From Chloroflexota bacterium (GTDB lineage: Bacteria > Chloroflexota > Dehalococcoidia > Lucifugimonadales > UBA2985), in the NCBI GenBank assembly GCA_028877205.1, contig JAPPHY010000002.1, forward strand, positions 13,994 to 77,993: a stretch of DNA of 64,000 nt. Direction: 5' to 3'. Positions 30,687-40,521 of the stretch are shown here, piece by piece; the first letter of the stretch is position 1; each line of letters begins with the position of its first letter. The position numbers and the translations under genes were made by a program. A model generated the notes under the pieces. The model was not told where the DNA came from. It made no database searches and saw only the letters and a program-made list of their open reading frames with translations.

Positions 30687-30925
30687 ATCTAGCTCCTCCT
30701 CTACCGGGTTGTCGTGGGGATTCATTCGCCAACGGCGCTGTTGCCTTCGAGAGCGAAGCAGGATCGTGTTGCCACGATGGTCGTGACTAAATCTTACAAC
30801 ATTTCCTTGCTCGTGCCAACGCTGCGCTATCGACTTGTGCCCCGTCGCGCGGTAGAATCTATCAGGCGCGATAGGGGCTCCGCTGAGCAGCGCGGGCCCC
30901 GACACTCAATCAAGAGGGGGAGACC

Positions 30926-32248
30926 ATGCCAACCGAAAATGCACCGCCATCCATGTACAGAGCCAAGGAGGGACTTGGTGTGTGGGAGCACAGGGGGAAG
31001 GTGGTCGCCGTTGGCATTGGCGTTTCGCCCACGGCCCGTCGCTGGGACGAGACCACCGACACCAGCCTGGGGGCCTGGAGCATCCTCGCGCTCCAGAGGG
31101 CAATGGAGGACGCGGGCGTCTCGCCTGACCAGGTCGATGGCCTGGTGATGGCGCAGGACACCTCCACCGGCTCGCCGTGGCCGACTGACAAGCCCATCCC
31201 GCAGGACTTCCTGAATACCTACAAGTCCACCGACAACCCGCTCGACGGCATCGCGAGGCTCAGCTCCGAGTGGATACTCCAGAACATGCCGGAGCTTAGC
31301 AACGTGGACTTCACCATGTACGGACCCGGCTGCATGTCCAACGCGCTGGTGGTGGGTGCGCAGGCCGTGGGTGAAGGCTTGACGGACGTCTGCCTTGTCC
31401 TCAAGGGCTGGCACAACTTCGGCGGCCGGTACTATGTGGGGCAGGGCGCAGCGGCGGGCGACACCATAGGCGGCGGCGGCAAGTGGACCGGCCTGTGGGG
31501 CACGGTGGCCTGCTACAACACCGCCATGATATTCGAGTCCTACTGCCGCAAGTACGGCAAGAACCACGACATGATGGCGCCTTTCGTGGTCAACGAAAAG
31601 CGCAACGGACTGCTTTACCCTGAGGGCTTCTGGGCGCAGCACCGGCCCGAGCCGCTGTCGGTCGAGGACTACCTGGCGGCCCGCTGGATCGCCAAGCCTG
31701 CAAACCTCTTCGACAACGACCTGCCCATCTGCGTTTCCGGCGCATTCCTCCTCACCACGGAGGAGCGGGCCAGGGACATGAAGCAGAAGCCGGTCTACAT
31801 CCTGAACCACACCAGGACAGCTCCGGAGCAGCGGAGCGTGGTGCCTACCCTGGAAGAGTGGCAAGCGGCCGCCGATAGCACTGGACGCAAGCTCTACGAG
31901 GGGTCGGGCCTGACCCCCAGCGACCTGTCGTTCGAGAACATGTACGACGGCTTTACGCTCTTCCACCAGTTCCACCTGGAGGGGCTGCGGTTCGCGGGTG
32001 TTCAGCCTGGCGAGGCACTGGACTTCTACCAGACGGACATCTCGATCGAGGGGCCGAACCCCGCTTCGCCCAGCGGCGGCAACGCCGGGGCGGGACGCAC
32101 CCGTTTCTGGCTGCACATGGACTCCGTGCTGCAGATACAGGGCAGGGCGGGCGCTCGGCAGATACACAGGCCCGCGGAGGCGGGCGTATCCGGCGCGTTC
32201 TTCCCGGACAACAACTACTCCGTGGTCTGGGCAGCCAGGGCCGACTAG
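30926..32248 (+). CDS. thiolase-like (SCP-x/lipid-transfer type) protein
   Basis: 440 aa. The GVSPDQVDGLVMA and C-terminal GGNAGAG segments are typical of thiolase-fold proteins. Assignment is by resemblance only. Confidence 0.6.
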   Translation: MPTENAPPSMYRAKEGLGVWEHRGKVVAVGIGVSPTARRWDETTDTSLGAWSILALQRAMEDAGVSPDQVDGLVMAQDTSTGSPWPTDKPIPQDFLNTYKSTDNPLDGIARLSSEWILQNMPELSNVDFTMYGPGCMSNALVVGAQAVGEGLTDVCLVLKGWHNFGGRYYVGQGAAAGDTIGGGGKWTGLWGTVACYNTAMIFESYCRKYGKNHDMMAPFVVNEKRNGLLYPEGFWAQHRPEPLSVEDYLAARWIAKPANLFDNDLPICVSGAFLLTTEERARDMKQKPVYILNHTRTAPEQRSVVPTLEEWQAAADSTGRKLYEGSGLTPSDLSFENMYDGFTLFHQFHLEGLRFAGVQPGEALDFYQTDISIEGPNPASPSGGNAGAGRTRFWLHMDSVLQIQGRAGARQIHRPAEAGVSGAFFPDNNYSVVWAARAD

Positions 32249-32284
32249 TCAGGACCGGAAACTATCGGGGCGAGGGGCGCGACG

Positions 32285-32494
32285 TCAGCCGATGTAGCAG
32301 CCCCTCCGCCCCCCGAATCTCCTCTCCACTCGCCCATCGGGGTAAACGACGATGGGCACGGCGTCGCCCAGCTTGCGCGCTTCGTCCATAGCCTCCTGGC
32401 TGAGGTCCGCGCGCCGCTCCTCATACTCCATGCCTTCCGCATCCCACTGCTCAAGCAGCCTTGCGCATGCGGGGCAGCCCCTGATGCTGTACAC
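32285..32494 (-). CDS. glutaredoxin-family small redox protein
   Basis: 69 aa with an N-terminal YSIRGCPAC CxxC motif and a VPIVVYPDG strand. Confidence 0.65.
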   Translation of the reverse strand: MYSIRGCPACARLLEQWDAEGMEYEERRADLSQEAMDEARKLGDAVPIVVYPDGRVERRFGGRRGCYIG

Positions 32495-32552
32495 GATTGG
32501 AAGCGAGGCTATGTGTGTTACCTCCGGTCCTGCGCTGCGGCTCGCAACCCCA

Positions 32553-34223
32553 CTACTGTAGCTGCCTGAGCCGCGGGCTCGCGAGCAGTATCACGAACGC
32601 CACAAGGATCAGCATCCCGGCCATGATGCCGAGTGCTACAGGCGCGCCCAGCCGCTCGGCGACCAGAGTGACGGGCAGCACGCCGGCAGGCATTATGCCC
32701 ATGTTCAGCCCGAAGATGCTCATCACGCGGCCGCGGTACTCCTGATTGGTGTACTCCATCATGAGGCTGCTGGTGAGGGTCATCCGTGACGCCTGGATCA
32801 TACCGACCACCACTAGGATCGCGATGCCCGTGGCGAACATAGGCACGAAGTAGGAAGTGGCGGCAAAGCTCAGGAGCACGAGGCCGGAGAGGATTCCACT
32901 GACCGCCAGTGCTAGTCCCCTGCGCGAGACCTTCCCAATGAAGGCTATCATCAGGGTGCCGCCCAGCGCGCCCAGGCCCATCGCGCTCATCAGCACGCCC
33001 AAGCCGTCCGCCCCCACCTCGAATACGTCCTTGGCAAAAATGGGCAGAATAAAACGAATGGGCATGGCGAAGATGATGGTAGCGAACGAGAGAAGTAGCA
33101 GGACAAGGATGACGCGGTTGTCGAACACGTACCTGAAGCCATCACGGATGTCGCCGAAGACCGTGGTCTGGCGACCCCTTGGGGGCACCTCAACCTTGGG
33201 CAGCCTGGTTGTGAAGAGAACGGCCAGCACGTACATACCGGCGATTACGTAGTACACCGACTCAACGCCAATCTCCGCGATGAGCGTCCCGGCCATCACC
33301 GGCACCGCCATCGTCGTAAGGCTCATAACCATCGCATTCAGGGCTACGGCGTTCGTGAGCCTGTCCATTCCCACAAGCTGAGGGGTGATGGCCTGGCGCG
33401 CCGGCATCACGAGCGGCATCACGCTGCCCTGCATCGCCGACGCCGCGAGCAGGTGATACCAGGTGATAGTGCCCGTGGTGATGGACACGGCGATGAACAG
33501 GGCTACTCCCATCGAGACCATCTGGCTCGCCTGGATGACACGCTTCTTGTCCATCCGGTCGGCCACCACGCCGCCGAACAGCGCCAGCGTTACCGCCGGC
33601 ACCGCGGCGGCCGCCACCACAATGCCGAGCAGCGACTCCCTGCCGGTCAGCTCGAACACGTAGTAGCCCCCGGTCAGCATGAGCATCTGCATGGCGCCCA
33701 TCTGAAGCATGAAGCCGAGCCAAAGGTTGCGATATCCCGGTACGCTCAGGGAGTCGAAGGTGCGCTTGAGCGCGGCGGTTGAGGTGAAAGAGGAGAGCGT
33801 GAGTCCCTGCGGTCTGGGCATGCCGCCCGGATGACCGCCCGGAGGGCCGCCGTTGCCGGCTGAGCCGGCGCTTGCCTGAGCGGTTGCTGCGCCGGAGCGG
33901 CTGCCCACGGCAACAGGCTCGCCCTCCTCCGCACGCGAGGCACTCCAGCTTCCGCTGCCCATCGAGCCGAACTGCACCTGCCCGGAGGCCTGGTCGCCTT
34001 CCACCGTGCCAGTGAAGGTCAGGTTCATCGCGCCCATAGGACCGGACATGGATGCGCTGAACTCCACCTCGCTGCCGTTTGCGCGGCCGCTCACGCTCGC
34101 AGTGCCCATGCTGGTAGTGAGCGACCCTTCGAGGCTGCCGGTGTTCTCCCTGATAGAGAGCGACGCGGGTCGCGTCCCCATGGGGGATTCCATCTGCAGC
34201 TGCCAGTTGCCCTCGAACGCCAT
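32553..34223 (-). CDS. MFS transporter with ~130-aa N-terminal soluble extension
   Basis: The C-terminal ~420 aa is 12-TM MFS-like. The N-terminus is a Gly/Ser/Thr-rich non-membrane domain followed by a Gly/Pro linker. Confidence 0.8.
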   Translation of the reverse strand: MAFEGNWQLQMESPMGTRPASLSIRENTGSLEGSLTTSMGTASVSGRANGSEVEFSASMSGPMGAMNLTFTGTVEGDQASGQVQFGSMGSGSWSASRAEEGEPVAVGSRSGAATAQASAGSAGNGGPPGGHPGGMPRPQGLTLSSFTSTAALKRTFDSLSVPGYRNLWLGFMLQMGAMQMLMLTGGYYVFELTGRESLLGIVVAAAAVPAVTLALFGGVVADRMDKKRVIQASQMVSMGVALFIAVSITTGTITWYHLLAASAMQGSVMPLVMPARQAITPQLVGMDRLTNAVALNAMVMSLTTMAVPVMAGTLIAEIGVESVYYVIAGMYVLAVLFTTRLPKVEVPPRGRQTTVFGDIRDGFRYVFDNRVILVLLLLSFATIIFAMPIRFILPIFAKDVFEVGADGLGVLMSAMGLGALGGTLMIAFIGKVSRRGLALAVSGILSGLVLLSFAATSYFVPMFATGIAILVVVGMIQASRMTLTSSLMMEYTNQEYRGRVMSIFGLNMGIMPAGVLPVTLVAERLGAPVALGIMAGMLILVAFVILLASPRLRQLQ

Positions 34224-34347
34224 GCACGGCTCCCTGAAGCGCGGTGGATGACTCGATTATACGCCTAATTCAGCGCGATGTCTCACGTGGAACAGGCCGC
34301 GGGGTGCACTATGGGCGAGAAACCGAGTACTTGCGGCGCGGGGCCGG

Positions 34348-35175
34348 CTACTGATCGAGAAGCGCCAGGACCGTGTCGATGCGATTCACCACCGAGAGCA
34401 GCGCCTGCTGGTTGAAGATGAGCGTGGCCTCCTCGTAGGCTTCCGCTCCGGATGGGGCATACGCCTCGCGCCAGTCCAGATACTCGTCCACCGAATCGGA
34501 TGGATCGGGCCCGCCGTCCTTCCAGGTGTAGTAGTTGTCGATCCTGATGAGCACCTTCTCGGCCTCGGACGAGAGAGCAGGGTTCGCATCGACTGCCACG
34601 CGGTGGATGTTGCTCCAGTAGGCCAGGGACTCATCCCTGTCGGTCGGCATCTCTCTCCGCAGCTCCAGAAGCAGCGCGCGGTGGTCTTCCAGCGAATCGT
34701 ACATCTCCTGTAGCGTATCCAGCCTGGCGCTCTCCTCCGCGGCCTGCGACTGATGGACGCGAAGCTCCTGCCTGAGGCCGGCCTGCTCCTCCGTCGCCAG
34801 CTCCAGCTCCGACTGCGCAAGCGAAAGCGCTGCCAGTGCAATGTCCTCGCGCTCCTGCGCCGCCACGAGGTCGCCCCGCAGCTTCTCCACCTGCCCGGGA
34901 GCTGCCGCAGGCTCGTAGACTTGGACTGGGCGACTGGTGGCCTCGTCCAGCTGAGCCTTCAGTTCTTGTACTTGGCTACGCAGCTCCTCGACCGCCGCCG
35001 AATTGTCCGGTGCGACCACCTCCGGCTCCGCCGGTGCGCGGCCGGAGTCCAGGACCGCCAACGCAATGGCGAGTCCCAGAGCGGCGCCCAGGAGTCCCGC
35101 AGCCAGGCCCACGCCAATCTGAGTCCAGGCTCCTTTGTTCCTCTGCATCGGTTCCTGTGAGTTCATGGATATCAC
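34348..35175 (-). CDS. membrane-anchored coiled-coil protein, hypothetical
   Basis: One N-terminal TM helix (IGVGLAAGLLGAALGLAIALAVL), then long heptad-like Glu/Leu/Ala/Gln-rich segments. Confidence 0.55.
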   Translation of the reverse strand: MISMNSQEPMQRNKGAWTQIGVGLAAGLLGAALGLAIALAVLDSGRAPAEPEVVAPDNSAAVEELRSQVQELKAQLDEATSRPVQVYEPAAAPGQVEKLRGDLVAAQEREDIALAALSLAQSELELATEEQAGLRQELRVHQSQAAEESARLDTLQEMYDSLEDHRALLLELRREMPTDRDESLAYWSNIHRVAVDANPALSSEAEKVLIRIDNYYTWKDGGPDPSDSVDEYLDWREAYAPSGAEAYEEATLIFNQQALLSVVNRIDTVLALLDQ

Positions 35176-35326
35176 CAGTTACAGCGTAGCTCCAGAACTA
35201 TAAGGAATTGTGAAGGAAAAGTACCAATGTAACGAGCTCGTGAACCGGCGCGCTCCTTGAAGCGTCAGTGCGTGAGTGCGATAATCGAGGGGACAGAGAG
35301 AAGTCTGCCGTGAAACGGAGGGACAC

Positions 35327-35581
35327 TTGGAGCGAACAAGGCGGCCACGGCACGAGATGCCGGAGTTCGTGTGGAGTTCCATCGTGGAGCAAGGGCTGGA
35401 GGACGCCTATCGCGCACGCCCGCCATACCAGCGGAACGACTACATCGGCTGGATCATGAGCGCCAAGCGGGATGAGACGCGCCTCAAGAGGCTCACGCAG
35501 ATGCTGGATGAGCTGCGAGGGGGCGATCGCTACATGAAGATGGCGTACAGGCCAGGTCGCCGCGCAGCCACGCAGCCCTGA
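35327..35581 (+). CDS. YdeI/OmpD-associated family protein (short form)
   Basis: PPYQRNDYIGWIMSAKRDETRLKRLTQMLDEL matches the conserved C-terminal YdeI motif. Confidence 0.6.
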   Translation: MERTRRPRHEMPEFVWSSIVEQGLEDAYRARPPYQRNDYIGWIMSAKRDETRLKRLTQMLDELRGGDRYMKMAYRPGRRAATQP

Positions 35582-35649
35582 GCAAGCCGCAAGATATCCG
35601 TAATGGACTTAAGGCGAGCTTAACCAATGCGCCATACCATAGCATCGAG

Positions 35650-36378
35650 ATGACGGATAGCATGGAGCTTGGAAGCAGCACATCACCCGGCACCGCCGTA
35701 CAGCGCATCCTTGTGGTGGACGACGACCCCACCATCTCGGAGGTGGTGGCGCGCTACCTGGAGCGCGACGGGTACGAGGTGGACGTAGCTTCGGACGGCG
35801 AGGAGGCCCTGATCAAGGGCAGGTCTGGCTTGCCCGACCTGGTCGTTTTGGACCTCATGCTACCCAAGGTGGACGGGCTGGAGGTCTTCCGCCTTCTGAG
35901 GGCGGAGGACTCGGTGCCAATCATCATGCTCACCGCCAAGGGCGAGGAGACTGACAAGCTGGTGGGTCTGAGCCTTGGCGCGGACGACTACGTCACCAAG
36001 CCCTTCAGCCCGCGGGAGCTGGTGGCGCGCGTGAAGAACGTACTCCGGCGCAGCGCATCGCCGCGCATCCACGACGGCGACTCCCTTCGCTTCCAGGACC
36101 TGGTCATCAACCCGAAGACGAGGCAGGTCAGGTCCCACGGCGCGGATGTGGAGCTGACTGCCAAGGAGTTCGACCTTCTGGTGTTCCTGGCGCAGCGACC
36201 GCGGCAGGTCTTCAGCCGCGAGCAGATCCTGAACCAGGTGTGGGACTACGTCTACGTAGGCGACACGAGCACGGTCACCGTGCACATCCGCCGCCTGCGC
36301 GAGAAGATCGAGGCGGATCCTGCCAAGCCCCGCTACATCCAGACCGTCTGGGGCATAGGCTACAAGTTCCAGGGGTGA
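35650..36378 (+). CDS. OmpR/PhoB-family response regulator
   Basis: Receiver ILVVDDDP...DLVVLDLMLPKVDG...LTAKG, plus a C-terminal winged helix (TVWGIGYKF). Confidence 0.9.
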   Translation: MTDSMELGSSTSPGTAVQRILVVDDDPTISEVVARYLERDGYEVDVASDGEEALIKGRSGLPDLVVLDLMLPKVDGLEVFRLLRAEDSVPIIMLTAKGEETDKLVGLSLGADDYVTKPFSPRELVARVKNVLRRSASPRIHDGDSLRFQDLVINPKTRQVRSHGADVELTAKEFDLLVFLAQRPRQVFSREQILNQVWDYVYVGDTSTVTVHIRRLREKIEADPAKPRYIQTVWGIGYKFQG

Positions 36379-36382
36379 TCAG

Positions 36383-37615
36383 ATGATGGTACTTGCCCAG
36401 AGTCGCGGAGGCGCGCTGGCCCTGAGCGGAGTGTTGGGGTCGCTCGGTCTTGCAATCGCCGTGGCGTTTCTCGTGTTTGGCATGGGCGGCCGCGACCTGG
36501 GGCTTGTGGCCCTCTACCTGTTCCTGTCAGGCTCCATCTCGATGGCTCTCAGCTTGGCTGCCATCCGGCTTGGCGTGCGGAGCGGGCTGGGCATTCGCCA
36601 CAAGATGGCCGTGGCGAGCGCAACCGGAGGCGTGGTGGCTTTGGCAAACGTCCTTGTGACCTCACTCCTCATGTTCTACTCCGAGCACGACCTGGGCCTG
36701 CTCATCGTACTGCTGGTGTTCGCCTTGACCATCTCGCTGCTGCTGGCGTACATGCTGTCCGCGGTGGTCACGTCGTCGATGCAGAAGCTGAGGGAGGGAG
36801 CGCTGCGGCTTGCCGAGGGCGACTTGACCACGAGGTTGGAGGTGGACTCCCAAGACGAGATCGGTGACCTCGCCAGGGTCATGAACACGATGGCCGTCGA
36901 GCTGGACAGCGCCTTCAGACGTCAGCAGGACATGGAGCAGGCAAGGAAGGACCTGATAGCGTCGCTTTCTCACGACCTCCGCACGCCCCTGACCTCCATG
37001 CGCGCAATGGTAGAAGCCATCACGGACGACGTGGTGTCGGACAGGACGACGCTGCAGCGCTACTTCAGCAATCTGAACCGCGAGGTGGAGCACGTCTCCG
37101 CCCTGATAGACGACCTGTTCGAGATCTCCAGGCTGGACACCGGCACGCTTGAGCTGCACTTGGAGCCAAGCTCCGTGGGCGACATCCTGACCGGCGTGAT
37201 GGACGGCATGGAGGCGCAGGCCAACATGAAGGCCCTCAAACTACGCAGCGAGCTGGAGGGTGAACTGGGCCAGGTGGTGGTCGACCCCGTGAAGATACAG
37301 CGGGTGCTCTACAACCTGATACAGAACGCCATTCGCCACACGCCGCCGGACGGCACCATCATCGTGAAGGCGCAGGACACCGGGGGTGCCGTGCAGATCG
37401 ATGTGATGGACACGGGGCAGGGCATAGACCAGGAGGAGCTTGGCCTCGTGTTCGACAGGCTGTACCGAGGCGAGAAGTCAAGGTCGCGTGAGTATGGCGG
37501 CTCCGGGCTTGGCCTGGCGATAGCGAAGGGTATCGTGGAGGCGCACGGCGGCAACATCTGGGTGGAGAGCATGGTGGGCGCCGGCAGCCGCTTCAGCTTC
37601 TCGCTGCCCAGGTAA
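36383..37615 (+). CDS. sensor histidine kinase (TM-HAMP-HisKA-HATPase)
   Basis: H-box SHDLRTPLTSM, N-box LIQNAIRHT, G1 DTGQGI, G2 GGSGLGLAI. 4-nt gap from the regulator gene. Confidence 0.9.
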   Translation: MMVLAQSRGGALALSGVLGSLGLAIAVAFLVFGMGGRDLGLVALYLFLSGSISMALSLAAIRLGVRSGLGIRHKMAVASATGGVVALANVLVTSLLMFYSEHDLGLLIVLLVFALTISLLLAYMLSAVVTSSMQKLREGALRLAEGDLTTRLEVDSQDEIGDLARVMNTMAVELDSAFRRQQDMEQARKDLIASLSHDLRTPLTSMRAMVEAITDDVVSDRTTLQRYFSNLNREVEHVSALIDDLFEISRLDTGTLELHLEPSSVGDILTGVMDGMEAQANMKALKLRSELEGELGQVVVDPVKIQRVLYNLIQNAIRHTPPDGTIIVKAQDTGGAVQIDVMDTGQGIDQEELGLVFDRLYRGEKSRSREYGGSGLGLAIAKGIVEAHGGNIWVESMVGAGSRFSFSLPR

Positions 37616-37655
37616 CCTGCCCCGGCCAAGGGCGCGGACCGGATCGGAGACTCCC

Positions 37656-37935
37656 AGTCCGCTCATGTCCTTCGACATGGCTCAGGATGAGCGGACTGTA
37701 CTTGCCCGCTCGCAGTCTACACGCACCTGCTCGTGGTGAGCCTGTCGAACCATGCGAGCGGGCAGTGTCTGGTTTCTTCATTCTGTTGCGGGGGAGGGTC
37801 AGAGCGTGCTCATGCGAATGCAGGGGATGGGGGCTGGACTGCGGCTTTCGCCGCAGTGACGGATGCCCTCGCCCGCTCGTGGCCTACCACGTACCCCATA
37901 CAGGGGTGAGCCCGTCGAACCATTCGAGCAGGTTG
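37656..37935. repeat. cluster of REP-like palindromic elements (types A, B, C)
   Basis: Type B (reverse) at 37656..37697. Type A at 37726..37764 and 37871..37932. Type C hairpin CTGCGGCTTTCGCCGCAG at 37839..37856. Copies occur elsewhere in the window. Confidence 0.85.
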
Positions 37936-38043
37936 GAGCTTGGACTCCCCGTCCGCTCGCCCGAGCGGGCAAAGCGCAATCGCCCAACTCGTGATACTAT
38001 GGTGACGGCAGTCCGCAATTCGCTTGCACGCTAGGAGGCTACC

Positions 38044-38607
38044 ATGCGCATAGGAGTCATCTCCGACACCCACATTCCGGGAGGGGCAACAGAGGTCCCC
38101 GCCGCAGTTGCAAAAGTCTTCGAGGGCGTGGATCTGATACTCCACGCCGGCAACATCTACACCAAGCCCACGCTGGACTGGCTGGAGCAGATCGCCCCCA
38201 TCAAGGTGGCCGGCAGCGTCGACCGGGACAGGCAGTGCCACGGCGACCCGCGAGTGGAGGAGAAGCAGGTGCTGGAGGTGGAGGGGGTGTCCATTGGCAT
38301 GATCCACGACCTGATGGTGCCGGGATACGGCGGCTGGATCTACCCCGGCTCCCTGGCCCCAGTCTACGAGGCAAACCCCTCGCGGCCCATCGTGCCGGAA
38401 GAGTTCTTCGGGGGTCACATGGACATCGTGATATTCGGGCACACCTGCGTGCCGATGGTGGAGCAGTACGGCGATACGTTGGTGTTGAATCCGGGCAGCC
38501 CAACGCTGCGCAACCAGCTCATGAAGATCGGCCACGTGGCGATACTGGACGTGACGTCCACGGGGCCGGAGGTGACCGTGATAGACCTGGCGGAGGAGAC
38601 GGGCTAG
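38044..38607 (+). CDS. YfcE/MJ0936-family metallophosphoesterase
   Basis: MRIGVISDTHIP, HAGNI, IFGHTCVP metal-ligand motifs. Confidence 0.85.
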   Translation: MRIGVISDTHIPGGATEVPAAVAKVFEGVDLILHAGNIYTKPTLDWLEQIAPIKVAGSVDRDRQCHGDPRVEEKQVLEVEGVSIGMIHDLMVPGYGGWIYPGSLAPVYEANPSRPIVPEEFFGGHMDIVIFGHTCVPMVEQYGDTLVLNPGSPTLRNQLMKIGHVAILDVTSTGPEVTVIDLAEETG

Positions 38608-38625
38608 TCCCCGATGGCCGCGAAA

Positions 38626-38663
38626 CCCGCTCGTGGTGAGCCTGTCGAACCATGCGAGCGGGG
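38626..38663 (+). repeat. REP-like element type A
   Basis: CCCGCTCGTGGTGAGCCTGTCGAACCATGCGAGCGGGG, a hairpin with stem CCCGCTCG/CGAGCGGG. Confidence 0.85.
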
Positions 38664-38722
38664 CAGGGGACATCCGCCATCGCGGGCCAACGATGCCTCA
38701 ATATCCGCACACTCTGAGCTTG

Positions 38723-39121
38723 TCAAAGGCGCCGGGCATTGGGCAGTGAGGCCATTCTCTGGTCCAGCGTCAGGGTTTCGAGCCCGGCGTGTGCGTAGTC
38801 GTCGATGATGAGTCGATCGAAGAGGCCGGGGCCGGAGTCGGTAGAGAGGGCGTCCAGCACGGCCTGGCCGTTCAGAGGCGCAACCAACCCGCTCGTCAAT
38901 ACGTCCCGTAGCCCTGAGCGAGCGTCCGTGCCGGTAATGCCGTAGTGGTGAATTAGCGCGGCGTAGGCCTCGCCGATGACTTGGTTGGATACAAAGACCT
39001 CGTATTCCTGTTCCTCGACCAGAACGCGAAGCTCGCTTACGCAGTGCTCAAAGTCCCGCCGCGGCTCTCCAACGACTAGCCTCACGAGTACGGAGGTGTC
39101 AACCCCACATCGTAGGGCCAA
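38723..39121 (-). CDS. vapC: PIN-domain toxin (VapC-like)
   Basis: N-terminus GVDTSVLVRLV, 132 aa, overlapping an upstream AbrB-type gene. Confidence 0.7.
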   Translation of the reverse strand: MALRCGVDTSVLVRLVVGEPRRDFEHCVSELRVLVEEQEYEVFVSNQVIGEAYAALIHHYGITGTDARSGLRDVLTSGLVAPLNGQAVLDALSTDSGPGLFDRLIIDDYAHAGLETLTLDQRMASLPNARRL

Positions 39122-39350
39122 GTCCCCGCTCCCTCCGGTCCCGGAAGTCGCGCATATCGAGCGGCGGCGTTCCCGGTGGTATCTTGTCTGCCAGCGTGCC
39201 CAGCCTGGAGTGGTCTATGCGCCTGGGACGCAGTGTGAAGCCATCCGGCCCTTCCAGCAGCTCGAGCCGGTCCCCGGGCCCTACGCCCATAGCTTCCAGC
39301 GCCCGCTTTGGAAACGTCACCTGACGCTTGGATGTTATCTTGACAAGCAT
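39099..39350 (-). CDS. vapB: AbrB/MazE-type antitoxin
   Basis: ITSKRQVTFPKRALEAMGVGPGDRLEL swapped-hairpin motif. Confidence 0.7.
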   Translation of the reverse strand: MLVKITSKRQVTFPKRALEAMGVGPGDRLELLEGPDGFTLRPRRIDHSRLGTLADKIPPGTPPLDMRDFRDRRERGLGPTMWG

Positions 39351-39408
39351 CCCTATCTCCTTACGAGAAGTCTACTTCAGTAAGGCGGGAGATTCAAGAG
39401 GCGCCCGA

Positions 39409-40521
39409 CTACTCGAAGACGTGCAGCACTTCGTACTTGGTGGTGCGCTGCGCCGGAGTGAAGCCCGCATCGCGGATGATCGCCTGGATCTCGTCTGTGG
39501 ACGTGCGGTTGTAGAAGCCGGCCTCCTGCATCACGTTCTCGTCGAAGAGCGTGCCGCCGAAGTCGTCGCCGCCGAAGTTGAGCGCGACCTCGCCCGTCTT
39601 CTTGCCCTCCGAGAACCACGAGGCCTGCACATGCTGCACGTTGTCCAGGTAGATGCGTGCCATGGCGATCATGCGCAGGTAGGGGTTGGGGCCGGCCTCC
39701 TCCTTGACTCGCTTGGAGAGGGGTGTGTCGCCACGCTTGAAGCTCCAGGGTATGAAGGCGGTAAATCCGGCGTTGCCGTCGGCCAGCGCCTCGTCCTGGA
39801 GCGCGCGCGTGTGCTCAAAGTGTTCGACCACGTCCTCCGGCCGCTCCAGGTGGCCGTACATCATGGTGGCGGTTGTGCGATAGCCCAGTCTGTGCGCTTC
39901 CCTGTGCACCTCCGACCAGTCGTCGACGCGGCCCTTGGGCCACAGGCGGCTGAGGCTGCGCTTCACGCGATCGGACAGCACCTCCGAGCCGCCGCCCGGC
40001 AGGGTCTCCTGCCCCGCGTCCTTCAGGCGGCGCAGCACCTCCGCGACCGGAATCTCGGCCACCTGGGACATCTTCTGTATTTCGGGCGCAGAGTAGAAGT
40101 GAGGCAGCACCTGGGGATAGCGCTTGCGTGTCTCCCGGACCAGGTCCTCGTAGTACTCCATGGGCAGCTTGGGGTTTAGGCCGCCCTGCAGGAGCACCGT
40201 CGTCACGCCCCTGGCCGCCGCATTCCCCACCATCTCCATCATCTCCTCGACCGAGTGGGTGTAGGCGTCCTCGTCCTTCTCCGTGCGGTAGAATGCGCAG
40301 AAGGTGCAGTAGGCGTCGCAGACGTTGGTGTAGTTGAGGTTGGTGTCGATGACGAAGGTCACGATGGGCTTGGGGTTGTGCCGGTACCTGATCTCTTGTG
40401 CCAGGTTGCCCAATTCCAGCGTAGGCGCCTCCTTGAGGAGCAGAACGCCCTCGTCGTAGGTTATCCGCTCGCCGGCCAGGGCCTTCTCCGTCACGTCCTT
40501 CACCGATGCAGTCGTGGTCAT
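39409..40521 (-). CDS. mqnC: cyclic dehypoxanthinyl futalosine synthase (radical SAM)
   Basis: NLNYTNVCDAYCTFCAFYR CxxxCxxC cluster. The ATG at 40521 follows AAGGAGG and overlaps the mqnA stop (ATGA). Confidence 0.8.
   Translation of the reverse strand: MTTTASVKDVTEKALAGERITYDEGVLLLKEAPTLELGNLAQEIRYRHNPKPIVTFVIDTNLNYTNVCDAYCTFCAFYRTEKDEDAYTHSVEEMMEMVGNAAARGVTTVLLQGGLNPKLPMEYYEDLVRETRKRYPQVLPHFYSAPEIQKMSQVAEIPVAEVLRRLKDAGQETLPGGGSEVLSDRVKRSLSRLWPKGRVDDWSEVHREAHRLGYRTTATMMYGHLERPEDVVEHFEHTRALQDEALADGNAGFTAFIPWSFKRGDTPLSKRVKEEAGPNPYLRMIAMARIYLDNVQHVQASWFSEGKKTGEVALNFGGDDFGGTLFDENVMQEAGFYNRTSTDEIQAIIRDAGFTPAQRTTKYEVLHVFE

Noticed and set aside
30687-30905. An N-terminal extension of the peroxiredoxin ORF (to 30905).
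   Set aside because: The extension is Arg/His-rich and not Prx-like. The canonical MSLRINDEAPDF start at 30686 has a strong GGAGGAG RBS.
37593-38034. ORFs spanning the repeat clusters: 37593..37781, 37687..38034, 37799..37987, 38519..38710, 38614..38808, 42387..42736, 45569..45769, 52426..52747.
   Set aside because: They are translations of REP-like palindromes (recurrent VVSLSNH, FDRLRMSG and CGFRRNDG peptides) with no independent coding signal.
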